Origin: Malacoraja senta
Lineage: Eukaryota
DNA: 64,000 bases
Direction: 5' to 3'
Assembly: GCA_038087875.1 (NCBI GenBank)
Contig: CM075994.1
Coordinates: 8,806,001 to 8,870,000 of the forward strand
The notes under the pieces are model-generated. The model saw nothing but the letters and a program-made list of their open reading frames with translations, was not told the origin of the DNA and did no database searches. Below, piece by piece: positions 1 through 11,162 of the stretch; positions within the stretch are counted from its first letter, which is position 1, and each line of letters opens with the position of its first letter. A program made the position numbers and the translations under genes.

Positions 1-1
1 G

Positions 2-877
2 CAGAGCTGCCAAGTTTTGTCAGAGCATTTCAGTTTTCTAGTACCTGAATATCAGTATTTTGCTGAGGAAATCAGTATTTTTACATGGTGCCATTTTGCT
101 GAAAAAAATGTGTTTTTTTTAATGTGCGGTCATACCCATGTAAGAGTACAAGGATGCATAACTGTGCTACCAATTGACGTGTCTTCTACGCACCTTACTT
201 GACAGTGCATTCATTGCCATCTCTTTGTATACTGCTGTTTGAACGGCTGCTTCCTGCTTTTAGCACCAGATGATGTAGAAGCCATTTTGGAAGCCACCCT
301 TTCCCTCCTTCCTCTCTTGCCCTCCCTCCCTCCCACCCTCCCTCCTTTTTTCTCTCCCTCCCTCTCTTACTCCCTCCCTCCCTCTCCGTCTCCTTCTCCC
401 CCCCCCTCCCTCCTTCCCTCCCCAAACAGTCTGTGACCCATAGCGCTGTGGCCATAGCGCTTTGTGTAAAGCCCATAGCGCTATGTTTAGAGCCCATAGC
501 GCTATGTTTAGAGCCCATAGCGCTCCAGCTGGTAGCGCTATATTTAGAACCCATAGAGCTGTTGCCGACAGCTCTTTGTTTAAATTCCCACGCGCTAAAC
601 TGACAGCGCTGTTTAAACCTGGAGCGGGACAGGCAGATTAAAGCTTTAAAAAATAATCATCTAGATCTTGAAATTTAAAATACTGATAGATTAAAATGCT
701 ATAATTTTTAGTTACAGTATGACTTTATATATCCTTGCATTTTTTAAGCAGCAAGATGAAACAGGAAGTCAGGCCGATTAAAAAAAAATCCGTATTTAAC
801 AAAGCAAATCCGTACATCCGTATTCTGATCGCATTTCCAGACAAAATAAGGAAAATCCATACTACTTGGCAGCTCTG
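2..877. mobile_element. Non-autonomous hAT-like DNA transposon
   Basis: Perfect inverted repeat gcagagctgccaagt (1-15) / acttggcagctctgc (864-878); subterminal aaatc(a/c)gta repeats; internal 21-bp tandem repeat at ~437-556. Left TSD not visible at the window edge. Confidence 0.75.
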
Positions 878-878
878 C

Positions 879-1205
879 AAGAGGAATAGATCGGGTAAAC
901 GCACAGATTCTCTTGCCCAGAGAAGGGGAATCTAGAAGTAGAGGACATAGGTGAGGGGGGAAGGATTTCCTGAGACAACTTTTTTTTTTTACACAAAAGG
1001 TGGTGGGGTGGATGGAACGAGCCGCTGGAGGAGGTAGTTGAGGCTGGGACTATCGCAGCAATGTTTAGGAAACATTTACAGGTACATGGACAGGACGTAT
1101 TTCGAGGGATATGGGATGAGTTCAGGCAGGTGGGACAGGTGTAGATGGGGGACGTGTTAGTTGTTGTGGGCAGGTTGGGCCAAAGGGCCTGTTTCCATGC
1201 CGTAT
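879..1205 (+). mobile_element. CR1/HER1-like LINE 3' fragment
   Basis: Same 3' sequence as other CR1 tails in the window (ggccaaagggcctgtttcc end). Confidence 0.7.
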
Positions 1206-1247
1206 GATTCTACGACACACACACACTGTTAATTCTCTGGTCCGTAC

Positions 1248-1428
1248 CTGGTATTCTGCAGCAGGCCCCCAGTTGGCGGGGACTCGGCCTGGCCCGAGCT
1301 CGGTCGCGGCAGGGGCTGGACCCTCACCCCGAGCTGCCTTGACATTCGAGTGCTCATCCGAGGGGGTCTCCTTCCTGTGCTCAGAGTTGCGCAGCTCTTG
1401 CCGTTCAGGCCGACTCAACTGGCCGCTC
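1248..1428 (-). CDS. PRRC2A: PRRC2A coding exon 10 (WSGQLSRPERQELRN...PGRVPANWGPAAEYQ); gene continues beyond the left edge
   Basis: Acceptor tcttgttctgtgaag|, donor CAG|gtacgg; 181 nt, phase 2 to 0. NWGPAAEY resembles mammalian GNWGPPGDY. Confidence 0.8.
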
Positions 1429-1687
1429 CTTCACAGAACAAGATGATCATTTTCAGCATCCGCCCCCGACAATGTTATACCTACGCACCATAACGGCAGT
1501 GCCACATAAGCTTTTCAAAATCGGACGCCACACAACACCAGAAAAAGATAGTAGACAAAAATGCTGGAGAAACTCAGCGGGTGAGGCAGCAGCATCTATG
1601 GAGCGAAGGAAATAGGCAACGTTTTGGGTCGAAACCGAAGTTTCAGTTTCGACCCGAAACGTTGCCAATTTCCTTTGCTCCATAGAT

Positions 1688-1741
1688 GGGGTGGAAGATT
1701 GCAACCTTCACGTGTTCCGCCCTGTTTCGACTAATGCAATC
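1688..1741 (+). ncRNA. Predicted HDV-like self-cleaving ribozyme (copy 1; P3 has one mismatch)
   Basis: P1 GGGGTGG(1688-1694)/CCGCCCT(1717-1723); P2 GATTGCA(1697-1703)/TGCAATC(1735-1741); P3 ACC/GTT; L3 TTCACGT; tiny P4 T-TTCG-A; J4/2 CTAA with candidate catalytic C at 1731. Confidence 0.75.
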
Positions 1742-1828
1742 AACTCGACGTGCACAAACGGAAGATCAAATAGAACAAGTTGTCCAACAACTTTAGGCTG
1801 TGCACGCCACACGAAAGAAGAAGAAGAA
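1688..1828 (+). mobile_element. ~140-bp non-autonomous retroposon with HDV-like ribozyme head and (AAG)n tail, copy 1
   Basis: TSD gctccatagat (1677-1687) / gctccacagat (1829-1839); inserted in a PLE terminal repeat; aligns end to end with 35492-35629. Confidence 0.85.
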
Positions 1829-2134
1829 GCTCCACAGATGCTGCCTCACCCACTGAGTTTCTCCAGCATATTTGTCTACCTTCGATTTTTCCATCCTCTG
1901 CAGTTCCTTCTTAACCAGAAAAAGATGCGCTGGAAACAATGATGCTATATTGCTGGAATATAAATGTTGAGAGAAGCGATTTGTACTGACAGCCTGACCA
2001 CCTAAAGAATTGAATGGCTGGAGAACGTAGAACCAGAAAACAAAACTCCATGGCGATGCACAAAGCAGATGACTTTGGAGAACCATTACCGCAGAAACAA
2101 AGGTTTGCAGATGGAGGTTTATACCAAAGGCGGG

Positions 2135-3435
2135 CACAGAGTGCTGGAGTAACTCAGCGGGTCAGGCAGCATCTGTGGAGAACATGGATAGGTGACGTTT
2201 CACAGAGTGCTGGAGTAACTCAGCGGGTCAGGCAGCATCTGTGGAGAACATGGATAGGTGATGTTTCACAGAGTGCTGGAGTAACTCAGCGGGTCAGGCA
2301 GCATCTGTGGAGAACATGGATAGGTGACGTTTCACAGAGTGCTGGAGTAACTCAGCGGGTCAGGCAGCATCTGTGGAGAACATGGATAGGTGATGTTTCA
2401 CAGAGTGCTGGAGTAACTCAGCGGGTCAGGCAGCATCTGTGGAGAACATGGATAGGTGATGTTTCACAGAGTGCTGGAGTAACTCAGCGGGTCAGGCAGC
2501 ATCTGTGGAGAACATGGATAGGTGACGTTTCACAGAGTGCTGGAGTAACTCAGCGGGTCAGGCAGCATCTGTGGAGAACATGGATAGGTGACGTTTCACA
2601 GAGTGCTGGAGTAACTCAGCGGGTCAGGCAGCATCTGTGGAGAACATGGATAGGTGACGTTTCACAGAGTGCTGGAGTAACTCAGCGGGTCAGGCAGCAT
2701 CTGTGGAGAACATGGATAGGTGACGTTTCACAGAGTGCTGGAGTAACTCAGCGGGTCAGGCAGCATCTGTGGAGAACATGGATAGGTGACGTTTCACAGA
2801 GTGCTGGAGTAACTCAGCGGGTCAGGCAGCATCTGTGGAGAACATGGATAGGTGACGTTTCACAGAGTGGGCAGCATCTGTGGAGAACATGGATAGGTGA
2901 CGTTTCACAGAGTGCTGGAGTAACTCAGCGGGTCAGGCAGCATCTGTGGAGAACATGGATAGGTGACGTTTCACAGAGTGCTGGAGTAACTCAGCGGGTC
3001 AGGCAGCATCTGTGGAGAACATGGATAGGTGACGTTTCACAGAGTGCTGGAGTAACTCAGCGGGTCAGGCAGCATCTGTGGAGAACATGGATAGGTGACG
3101 TTTCACAGAGTGCTGGAGTAACTCAGCGGGTCAGGCAGCATCTGTGGAGAACATGGATAGGTGACGTTTCACAGAGTGCTGGAGTAACTCAGTGGGTCAG
3201 GCAGCATCTGTGGAGGAACATGGATAGGTGACGTTTCACAGAGTGCTGGAGTAACTCAGCGGGTCAGGCAGCATCTGTGGAGAACATGGATAGGTGACGT
3301 TTCACAGAGTGCTTGAGTAACTCAGCGGGTCAGGGCAGCATCTCTGGAGAACATGGATAGGTGACGTTTCACAGAGTGCTGGAGTAACTCAGCGGGTCAG
3401 GCAGCATCTCTGGAGAACATGGATAGGTGACGTTT
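2135..3435. repeat. Tandem array of 20 x 66-bp units derived from the interior of a PLE terminal repeat
   Basis: Unit cacagagtgctggagtaactcagcgggtcaggcagcatctgtggagaacatggataggtgacgttt; one 45-bp unit at 2861 and two 67-bp units. The flanks complete a single PLE repeat. Confidence 0.95.
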
Positions 3436-3685
3436 TTGGGTCGGGATATTTCTTCAGACTGAAGGCTAGATCATTGGGGGTACTTTCAAGAGTCAAGTGT
3501 TTATTTGACATGTGCACGTTATGCGATGGGAGCAATTAAATTCTTACTTGCTTCTGCTTTATAGGCACGTTCGAACAAAAAACAAATTGAATAAATATAC
3601 CATAAATGATCAGTTATTCGAAGCAAACTTGACCGTGACAGTGCAAGAACCAAAGTGCAACCATTGTAGTGTGAAGTCTATAGAG

Positions 3686-4798
3686 TAGCGTTGCTCAACC
3701 AGGGTTACGCGAGAGGTTGCTAGGGGTTCCGAGAGAAAGTAATAATACGAGACCAAACGTGGACTCGTTGGGTCCCAATAGACAATAGGTGCAGGAGTAG
3801 GCCATTCGAGCCAGCACCGCCATTCAATGTGATCACGGCTGATCATCCCCAATCAGTACCCCGTTCCTGCCTTCTCCCCGTATCCCCTGACTCCACTATC
3901 TTTAAGAGCCTCTCTTGAAAGTCTCCAGAGAACCGGCCTCCACCGCCCTCTGAGGCAGAGAATTCCACAGACTCACAACTCTGTGGAAAAAGTGTTTCCT
4001 CATCTCCGTTCTAAATGGCTTACCCCTTATTCTTAAACTGTGGCCCCTGGTTCTGGACTCCCCCAACATCGGGAACATGTTTCCTGCCTCTAGCTTGTCC
4101 AAACCCTTAATAATCTTATATGTTTCAAATAAGATCCCCTCTCATCCTTCTAAACTCCAGAGTATACAAGCCCAGCCACTCCATTCCCTCAGCATATGAC
4201 AGTCCCGCGATCCCGGGAATTAACCTTGTAAACCTACGCTGCACTCCCTCAATAGCAAGAATGCCTTCCTCAAATTAGGGGGCCAAAACAGCACACAATA
4301 CTCCAGGTGTGGTCTCACTAGGGCTCTGTACAACTGCAGAAGGACCTCTTTGGTCCTACACTCAATTCCTCTTGTTATGAAGGCCAACATGCCATTCGCT
4401 TTCTTCACTGCCTGCTGTACCTGCATGCTTACTTTCATTGACTGATGAACAAGGACCCCCCAGATCCCGTTGTACTACCCCCCCCCCCTCCCAATGAAAT
4501 ATTCCCCAGTAGCACTCGCCTAGACACGACGCTGGTTGTTAAAATGGCGATCCCGGCCCGGCAATCTTCCCTCAACTGCGCAGGCGCAGCTGACGGGTCC
4601 CCGTTGTGGCGCCAGAGATCGCCGTTGTGACCCGAGTCAATATGGCGATCTCAAAATGGCGGCCGGCCAGCTACACAGGCGTGGCTGACGAGCTCAAAAT
4701 GGCGGCGGGCCCGGCAACCCCCTCCAACTCAGGGGGTTCCCCGAGACATGAAAATTATTTCAAGGGTTCAGCAAGGGTAAAAAGGTTGAGAAACGCTG
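3686..4798. mobile_element. hAT (Charlie-like) non-autonomous element containing a nested CR1 fragment
   Basis: TIRs tagcgttgctcaacc (3686-3700) / ggttgagaaacgctg (4784-4798); degenerate 8-bp TSD ctatagag/ctgtagta. Confidence 0.6.
3777..4475 (-). mobile_element. CR1 LINE 3' fragment (ORF2 C-terminus and 3' UTR)
   Basis: ORFs 4220..4438 and 3902..4102 with [13 protein letters not shown] and SRTRGHSL motifs. Confidence 0.9.
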
Positions 4799-5000
4799 CT
4801 GTAGTAGATTGGTTTTGAGGTAGAGTTGTGGCTGGGGTTGAACATGGTAGTTCAAGAACCTAATGACAAGAAGCTATTCATGAACCTGGAGCTAATAGTT
4901 CGCACTGGAGACGTATAAATGTTTAAAAAGATTGGGAATTTGAAGGCTTATAGGAATCTGGGGACAGCAGAGAAGTTGGGGTAGATAGATCAACATAAAA

Positions 5001-5465
5001 AGATGTGTAAGAAAGAACTGCAGATGCTGGTTTAAATCGAAGGTAGGCACAAAATACTGGAGTAAAGGGCCCGTCCCACTTTCACGACCTCTGCCGAGTT
5101 TGCCCTTGACTCTTAATCGCAGCATGGTCGTCACGAGGTCGTAGGTAGGTCATGATGCTAGTCGTAGGGTACTCGTGGCATCAAGTAGGTCGGGGCGTTT
5201 TTTCTAGCATGATGAAAAAATGTCCACGAGTAAAAAAGGTTGTGAATTAGGTCGTGAGAGTGGGACAGGCCCTTAACTCAGCAGGTGAGGCAGCATCTCT
5301 GGAGAGAAGGAATGGCCGACATTTCGGGTCGGGACCCTTCTTCAGATTGAAGGGCTAGATCATCAGTCTGAAGAAGGGTCTCGACCCGAAACGTCACCCA
5401 TACCTTCTCTCCAGAGACGCTGCCCTGCCAGACCCGCTGAGTTACTCCAGCATTTTGTGTCTAAC
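5001..5465. mobile_element. Inverted pair of PLE terminal repeats; hammerhead-like motif at 5368-5395
   Basis: ctgaaga-a-gggtc-tc-gaccc-gaaa-cgtc on +, with a mirror copy at ~5317-5346 on -. Confidence 0.8.
5066..5273. mobile_element. PIF/Harbinger-type MITE
   Basis: TIR agggcccgtcccact / agtgggacaggccct; TAA TSD splitting the PLE motif ggagTAActcagc. Confidence 0.85.
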
Positions 5466-5532
5466 ATGAAAAAGCCATTGCTCTAGATTCAATGTTTTGT
5501 TAATACATGTACTCTATATAACGGATACTGAC

Positions 5533-5623
5533 CAATTTTCAGGTTTTCCCTTTTCAGCATCATCATCGTCTTCGTCATCGCTGAACTTTAACTTTTCAGT
5601 GTAGTCTATTTCCTCGTGTGCTC
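5533..5623 (-). CDS. PRRC2A: PRRC2A coding exon 9 (GAHEEIDYTEKLKFSDDEDDDDAEKGKPEN)
   Basis: Acceptor tttacttccacag|, donor TG|gtcagt; 91 nt, phase 1 to 2. GAHEExDYTEKLKFSD motif. Confidence 0.92.
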
Positions 5624-6166
5624 CTGTGGAAGTAAAGGTACAGGGTAAATAAGCATTGCTCTTGGCCCCAATACCCAGTTGCTCATCTCTGGTCCAGTCA
5701 ATAGACAAGCCATGCTATAAACAGCAAACTATGTTTCACCCAACCCTGCAATATAAACTTCCTCCATTTTACCTTCTGCAGAGGAAGAACAAACCAGTCA
5801 TCTGGAATATCATGTGTATGAAGGAACTGCAGATGCCTGGTTGAAACCAAAGATGGACACAAAATGCAGGAGTAACTCAGCGGGACAGGTAGCATCTCTG
5901 GAGAGAAGGAATAGGTGACGTTTTGTGTCCGAAACATCAACATTCTTCTCTCCAGAGATACTGCCTGAGTTACTCCAGCATTTTGTGTCTATCTTGAATA
6001 TCATACCATCATAAGCGATTTAGGAACTTCTTTAACAGACAGACTTCTTTAATGGCTCACATCAACTCTATGCTAATTTAGAGATTTTGCTTTATTATTG
6101 TCGCGTGTATCGAGGTACAGTGGAAAGCTTTGTTTTGCATGCTACTCAATCAAGCAATAGATCAAA

Positions 6167-6945
6167 GTAGGCCAATCGACCCTTCGAGCCAGCACTACCA
6201 TTCACTGTGATCATGGCTGATCATCCACATTCAGTACCCTGTTCCTGCCTTCTCCCCATATCTTTAAGAGCTTTATCTAACTGTCTCTTGAAAGCATCCA
6301 TAAAATTGGCCTCCACCACCTTCTGAGGCAGAGAATTCCACAGATTCACAACTCTATGGGTGAAAATGTTTTTCCTCATCTCTTATGGGTGAAAAAGTTT
6401 TTCCTCATCTCTGGTCTAAATAGCCTACCCCTTATTCTTAAACTTTGGCCCCTGGTTCTGGGCTCCCCCAACATCGGGAACATGTTTCCTGCCTCTAGTG
6501 CGTCCAAACCCTTAATAATCTTGCCAGGCCAGTGAAATTCCTCGTATGTTACAAAACATACTTGGCGAATAAATTCTGATTCTGATTTGTTTCAATAAGA
6601 TCCTCTCACCCATCTAAACTCCAGAGTATACAAGCCCAGCCGCTCCATTCTCTCAGCATATGACAGTCCCGCCAACCCGGGAATTAACCGTGTAAACCTA
6701 CGCTGCACACCCTCAATAGCAAAAATTTCCTTCCTCAGGTTTAGAGACCAAAACTGCACACAATACTCCAGGTGTGGTCTCACTAGGGCCTGTACAACAG
6801 CAGAAGGGCCTCTTTGCTCCTATACTCAACTCCTCTTGTTATGAAGGCCAACATGCCATTCGCTTTCTTCACTGCCTGCTGTACCGGCATGCTTACTTTC
6901 AGTGACTGATGAACAAGGAAACCCAGATCTCGTTGTACTTCCCCT
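6167..6945 (-). mobile_element. CR1 LINE 3' fragment
   Basis: ORFs 6592..6783 and 6783..6974 ([23 protein letters not shown]). Confidence 0.9.
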
Positions 6946-7442
6946 TTAATGGCGGTGCTGGCTCGAAGGGCCAAATGGCCTACTCATGCACCTGTTGTCG
7001 ATAACATTTCTAGTACCATGAGGTATCAAAGTTACTGCTCTCAAGTTATGCCAACTTCTGATGAGCTTAACTTTTAGCCCAGCCTGCTTTGTGTTGATGT
7101 ATGAAATGGAACCATTCGTCTAGATTCCCCAAGTCAAATTTGATAATGTACAGATTATTAGAATGATACACCTTCAAATCTATAAAGCTACAGCCATTTT
7201 TAAACTCAATGATGGGAATCAAGATATAAGAAAGCAAAAAAAAAAAAAAATGGTGACTAAAGTCGACGAAAGTAGGTTAGATCATGCTGTTGAAGATGGA
7301 GGTCAAGAGAAAGGAAGCAAAAGAGCAGTTAAATAGACAGCATAATCAGTGTTAAAATGTACGTTTTCTTTTAATTAGAAGATTAATTGGAAAGGACTTC
7401 ATGGTTTAAGGTTGACTCCGACAAGTTCACAATAAGAAGCTA

Positions 7443-7727
<285 letters not shown>

Positions 7728-7756
7728 TTAAAGACCAGCTGACCAGCAAATGTCCA

Positions 7757-8203
7757 ACTAGTCATCATCGGCTCCGACCTCCCCACCATCGAGGGATCTA
7801 TCGCAAGTCGCTGCCTCAAAAAGGCTGCCAGCATCATCAAGGACCCACACCATCCTGGCCACACACTCATCTCTCCGCTGCCTTCAGGTAGAAGGTACAG
7901 GAGCCTGAAATCTGCAACATCCAGGTTCAGGAATAGCTACTTCCCCACAGCCATCAGGCTATTAAACTCGCCATCAAACAAAACTCTGAACTATAACAGC
8001 CTTTTGCACTTTATCTGTTTATTTATGTGTATATATATATGGTCTATGCTATGTAGACACACTGATCTGTTCTGTATTTATGCTTACTATATTCTGTTGT
8101 GCTGAAGCAAAGCAACAATTTCATTGTCCTATCTGGGACACATGACAAGAATTTCATTGTCCTATCTGGGACACATGACAATAAACTCTCTTGACTTGAC
8201 TTG
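7757..8203 (+). mobile_element. Rex1/Babar-like LINE 3' end with (CTTGA)n tail
   Basis: Encodes CLKKAASIIKDPHHPGH...PSGRRYRSL; same family as 62020-63105; aataaa followed by cttgacttgacttg. Confidence 0.8.
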
Positions 8204-8246
8204 TGTTTATCTTCGGAGTAAACCATCATCTGCAGTTCAGTCTGCA

Positions 8247-9640
8247 GAATAGAATAGAATAGAATAGAATACGTTTATTGTCATTGCACAATACTATGCA
8301 ACGAAATTCCATTGCATCTCCTCCGGTTAAAAAAATACAAACACGACAACCATTGACACATATGTACACTTATTAGTAAAAATAATAAATAAGTATTTTA
8401 AAAGAATTTTAAAAGAATGTTGCATTTCTTGGAATTACATTTTGCTTCCCCAGTGTTCTCTGTTGGAATTAAGTTCTTTTATCGCACATGGGTAGAAACT
8501 ATTTTTTAGTCGAGCCTTCAGAGCCCCGAATCGCCTCCCAGAGGGTAGCAGAGTGAAAAGGTGGTTGGCAGGGTGGGATGTGTCCTGCTTGATGTTTGTG
8601 GCCCGGCGCAATATATCATCCAAGGAGGGCAGTTGAGCGTTTGTGATGCTCTGTGCAGTTTTTATAACTCTCTGCAGCGCCCTCCTCTCAGCCACAGTGC
8701 AGCTAGCAAACCACACCAGGATGCCATAGGAGAGGATACTTTCCATGGCGCATCGGTAGAAGGACAGCAGCAGCGGCTGTGAGACGTTTGCTCTCCGCAG
8801 AGATCTCAGGAAATACAGCCGCTGCTGTGACTTCTTCACGAGATTGACGGTGTTCATTTGCCATTTGAGGTCCTGGGAGATGTTTATTCCCAGGAATTTA
8901 AAGCCAGTGACTCTCTCCACCATGTCTCCTTTGATGTATAGATGAGCAGGTTCCTCTCTCTTCCTCCTGAAGTCAACGACCAGTTCTTTTGTCTTTGATG
9001 GGTTGAGTACCAGGTTGTTTTTGGTACACCAGACAGTCAGTTTTTGGACTTCATCTCTGTAGGCAGACTCGTCGCTGTTGTTTATCAGTCCCACTACAGT
9101 CGTGTCGTCCGCAAACTTGATGATCCTGTTTGTACTGTGTGTTGGTGTGCAGTCATAAGTGTATATTGTATACAAGTTGGGACTCAGCACACAACCTTGT
9201 GGCGCTCCTGTGCTGAGCGTCAGGACTGGGGAGTAATTGGACCCCATCCTGACAGTCTGTGGGCGATCTGTTAAGAAGTCCTTAATCCATCTGCATGTGT
9301 TTGTATTGACACCCAGATCAGACAGTTTGTCCACCATTCTGCTGGGGATGATTGTATTAAATGCAGAACTAAAGTCTACAAATAACATCCTCACATATGA
9401 GCCAGGACGCTCCAGATGTGTCAGTGCGGAATGTAGAGCTATGTTGATGGCATCTTCCGTTGACCTATTTGCTCTATATGCAAACTGATGCTGATCCAGG
9501 GTGGATGGGAGTGAGGACATAATGTGGGCCAGGACCAGCCGTTCAAAACCCTTCATCACAGTTGAAGTGAGAGCAACAGGTCTGTAGTCATTCAAGCTGG
9601 TAATGGATGTTTGTTTGGGTACAGGCACGTTAGTAGCAGT
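8247..9640 (-). mobile_element. Rex1/Babar LINE, 5'-truncated, with an open RT region and (TTCTA)n tail
   Basis: ORF 8435..9628: [37 protein letters not shown]. Confidence 0.92.
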
Positions 9641-9970
9641 CTTGAAGGGTCGCGACCCGAAACGTCACCAAACCAGAGATGCTGCCTGTCCCGCTGAGTT
9701 ACTCCAGCATTTTGTGTCTACCTTCAGTGTAAACCAGCATCTGCAGTTCCTTCCTCCTCACTAGTTAAAATGTGATGCTTTCAGAATTTGCCCTGTACAA
9801 CTTTTAGTTTTCCCCCTCATTTTCCTTGCACAGGAACTCCAAGATATGGTCCCCAAGAAACACAAATGGGTCGTTTTCTCAAGTAATGAAGGTTTACAAA
9901 TAGTGTGATTAATATCGAGTGGAAATGGTGTCCATTATAGCCAACTGTCCACTATATACGACTAAAATGG

Positions 9971-10279
9971 CGTCATGGTGGCACAGCGGTAGAGTTGCTG
10001 CCTTACAGCGAATGCAGCAGCAGACATCCGGGTTCGATCCCGACTACGGGTGCTGTCTGCACGGAGTTTGTACGTTCTCCCCGTGACCTGCGTGGGTCCC
10101 TCCCCCTCCCGAGATCTTCTGTTTCCTCCCACACTCCAAAGACATACAGGTATGTGGGTTAATTGGCTTGGTTAATGTAAAAAAATGTCCCTAGTTGGTA
10201 ATAGGATAGTGTTAATGTGCGGGGATCGCCAGTCAGCGCGGACGCGGTGGGCCGAAAGGGGGTGTATTTCTAAACTAAA
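9971..10279 (+). mobile_element. tRNA-derived V-SINE (HE1-like), near full length
   Basis: A box ggtggcacagcggt, B box ggttcgatccc, V-domain ggagtttgtacgttctcccc, CR1-derived tail ending ctaaactaaa. Confidence 0.85.
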
Positions 10280-10429
10280 GGATTACTGAGTAATAGAGCA
10301 TAATTGCATAAGTTGCAGAAAAAATGAACTACAATCGCTGGTTAGTACACGAGGGGACACAGAGTGCGGGAGTAACTCAGGTCAGGAGAACATGGAAAAC
10401 ATGGAAAAGTGATGTTTCAGGTTGAGCCC

Positions 10430-11005
10430 ATACTGGTAAGGCCACATCTGGAGTATTGTGTACAGTTTTGGTCTCCTAATTTGAGGAAGGACATCCTTGT
10501 GATTGAGGCAGTGCAGCGTAGGTTCACGAGATTGATCCCTGGGATGGCGGGACTGTCATATGAGGAAAGATTTAAAAGACTAGGCTTGTATTCATTGGAG
10601 TTTAGAAGGATGAGGGGGGGGTTCTTATAGAAACATATAAAATTATAAAAGGACTGGACAAGCTAGATGCAGGAAAAATGTTCCCAATGTTGGGCGAGTC
10701 CAGAACCAGGGGCCACAGTCTTAGAATAAAGGGGAGGCCATTTAAGACCGAGGTTAGAAAAAACTTTTTCACCCAGAGAGTTGTGAATTTGTGGAATTCC
10801 CTGCCACAGAGGGCAGTGGAAGCCAAATCACTGGATGGATTTAAGAGAGTTAGATAGAGCTCTAGGGCCGAGTTAAATCAAGGGATATGGGGAGAAGGCA
10901 GGCACGGGTTATTGATTGGGGGACGATCAGCCAGGATCACAATGAATGGCGGTGCTGGCTGGAAGGGCCGAATGGCCTCCTCCTGCACCTATTGTCTATG
11001 TTTCA
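10430..11005 (+). mobile_element. CR1 LINE 3' fragment
   Basis: [15 protein letters not shown] motif plus the standard 3' UTR. Confidence 0.9.
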
Positions 11006-11162
11006 GACTTGGTCAGGAACTGGACCTAGAATCCAGATGAGATGACCCCAACCTGCCCTGCTGTTTACCAAAATAATGGAGGAAAAAAGCTGCCAGTATT
11101 TTACATACCTACACATCGTATTAGACAGAGTGGTTAAAATGGCCCTCCAGCTATTTTAAAAG

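Noticed and set aside
195..300. Possible next PRRC2A exon or transposase ORF near the left edge
   Set aside because: It lies inside the TIR-bounded element 2-877, has no similarity to the expected EDEDEAWRQRRKQ exon, and only a short stop-interrupted frame is present.
2135..3435. CRISPR-like array / 405-aa repetitive ORF 2014..3231
   Set aside because: The units are head-to-tail identical with no unique spacers, there are no cas genes and the context is a vertebrate intron. The ORF exists only because a 66-bp unit is stop-free in one frame.
3748..3777. Helitron-like terminal hairpin (gagaccaaacgtggactcgttgggtccca)
   Set aside because: Too short and degenerate; no intact CTAG and no second end found.
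9971..10050. tRNA gene-like A/B boxes (here and at other SINE heads)
   Set aside because: They continue into the V-domain and CR1 tail, so they are SINE heads rather than tRNA genes.
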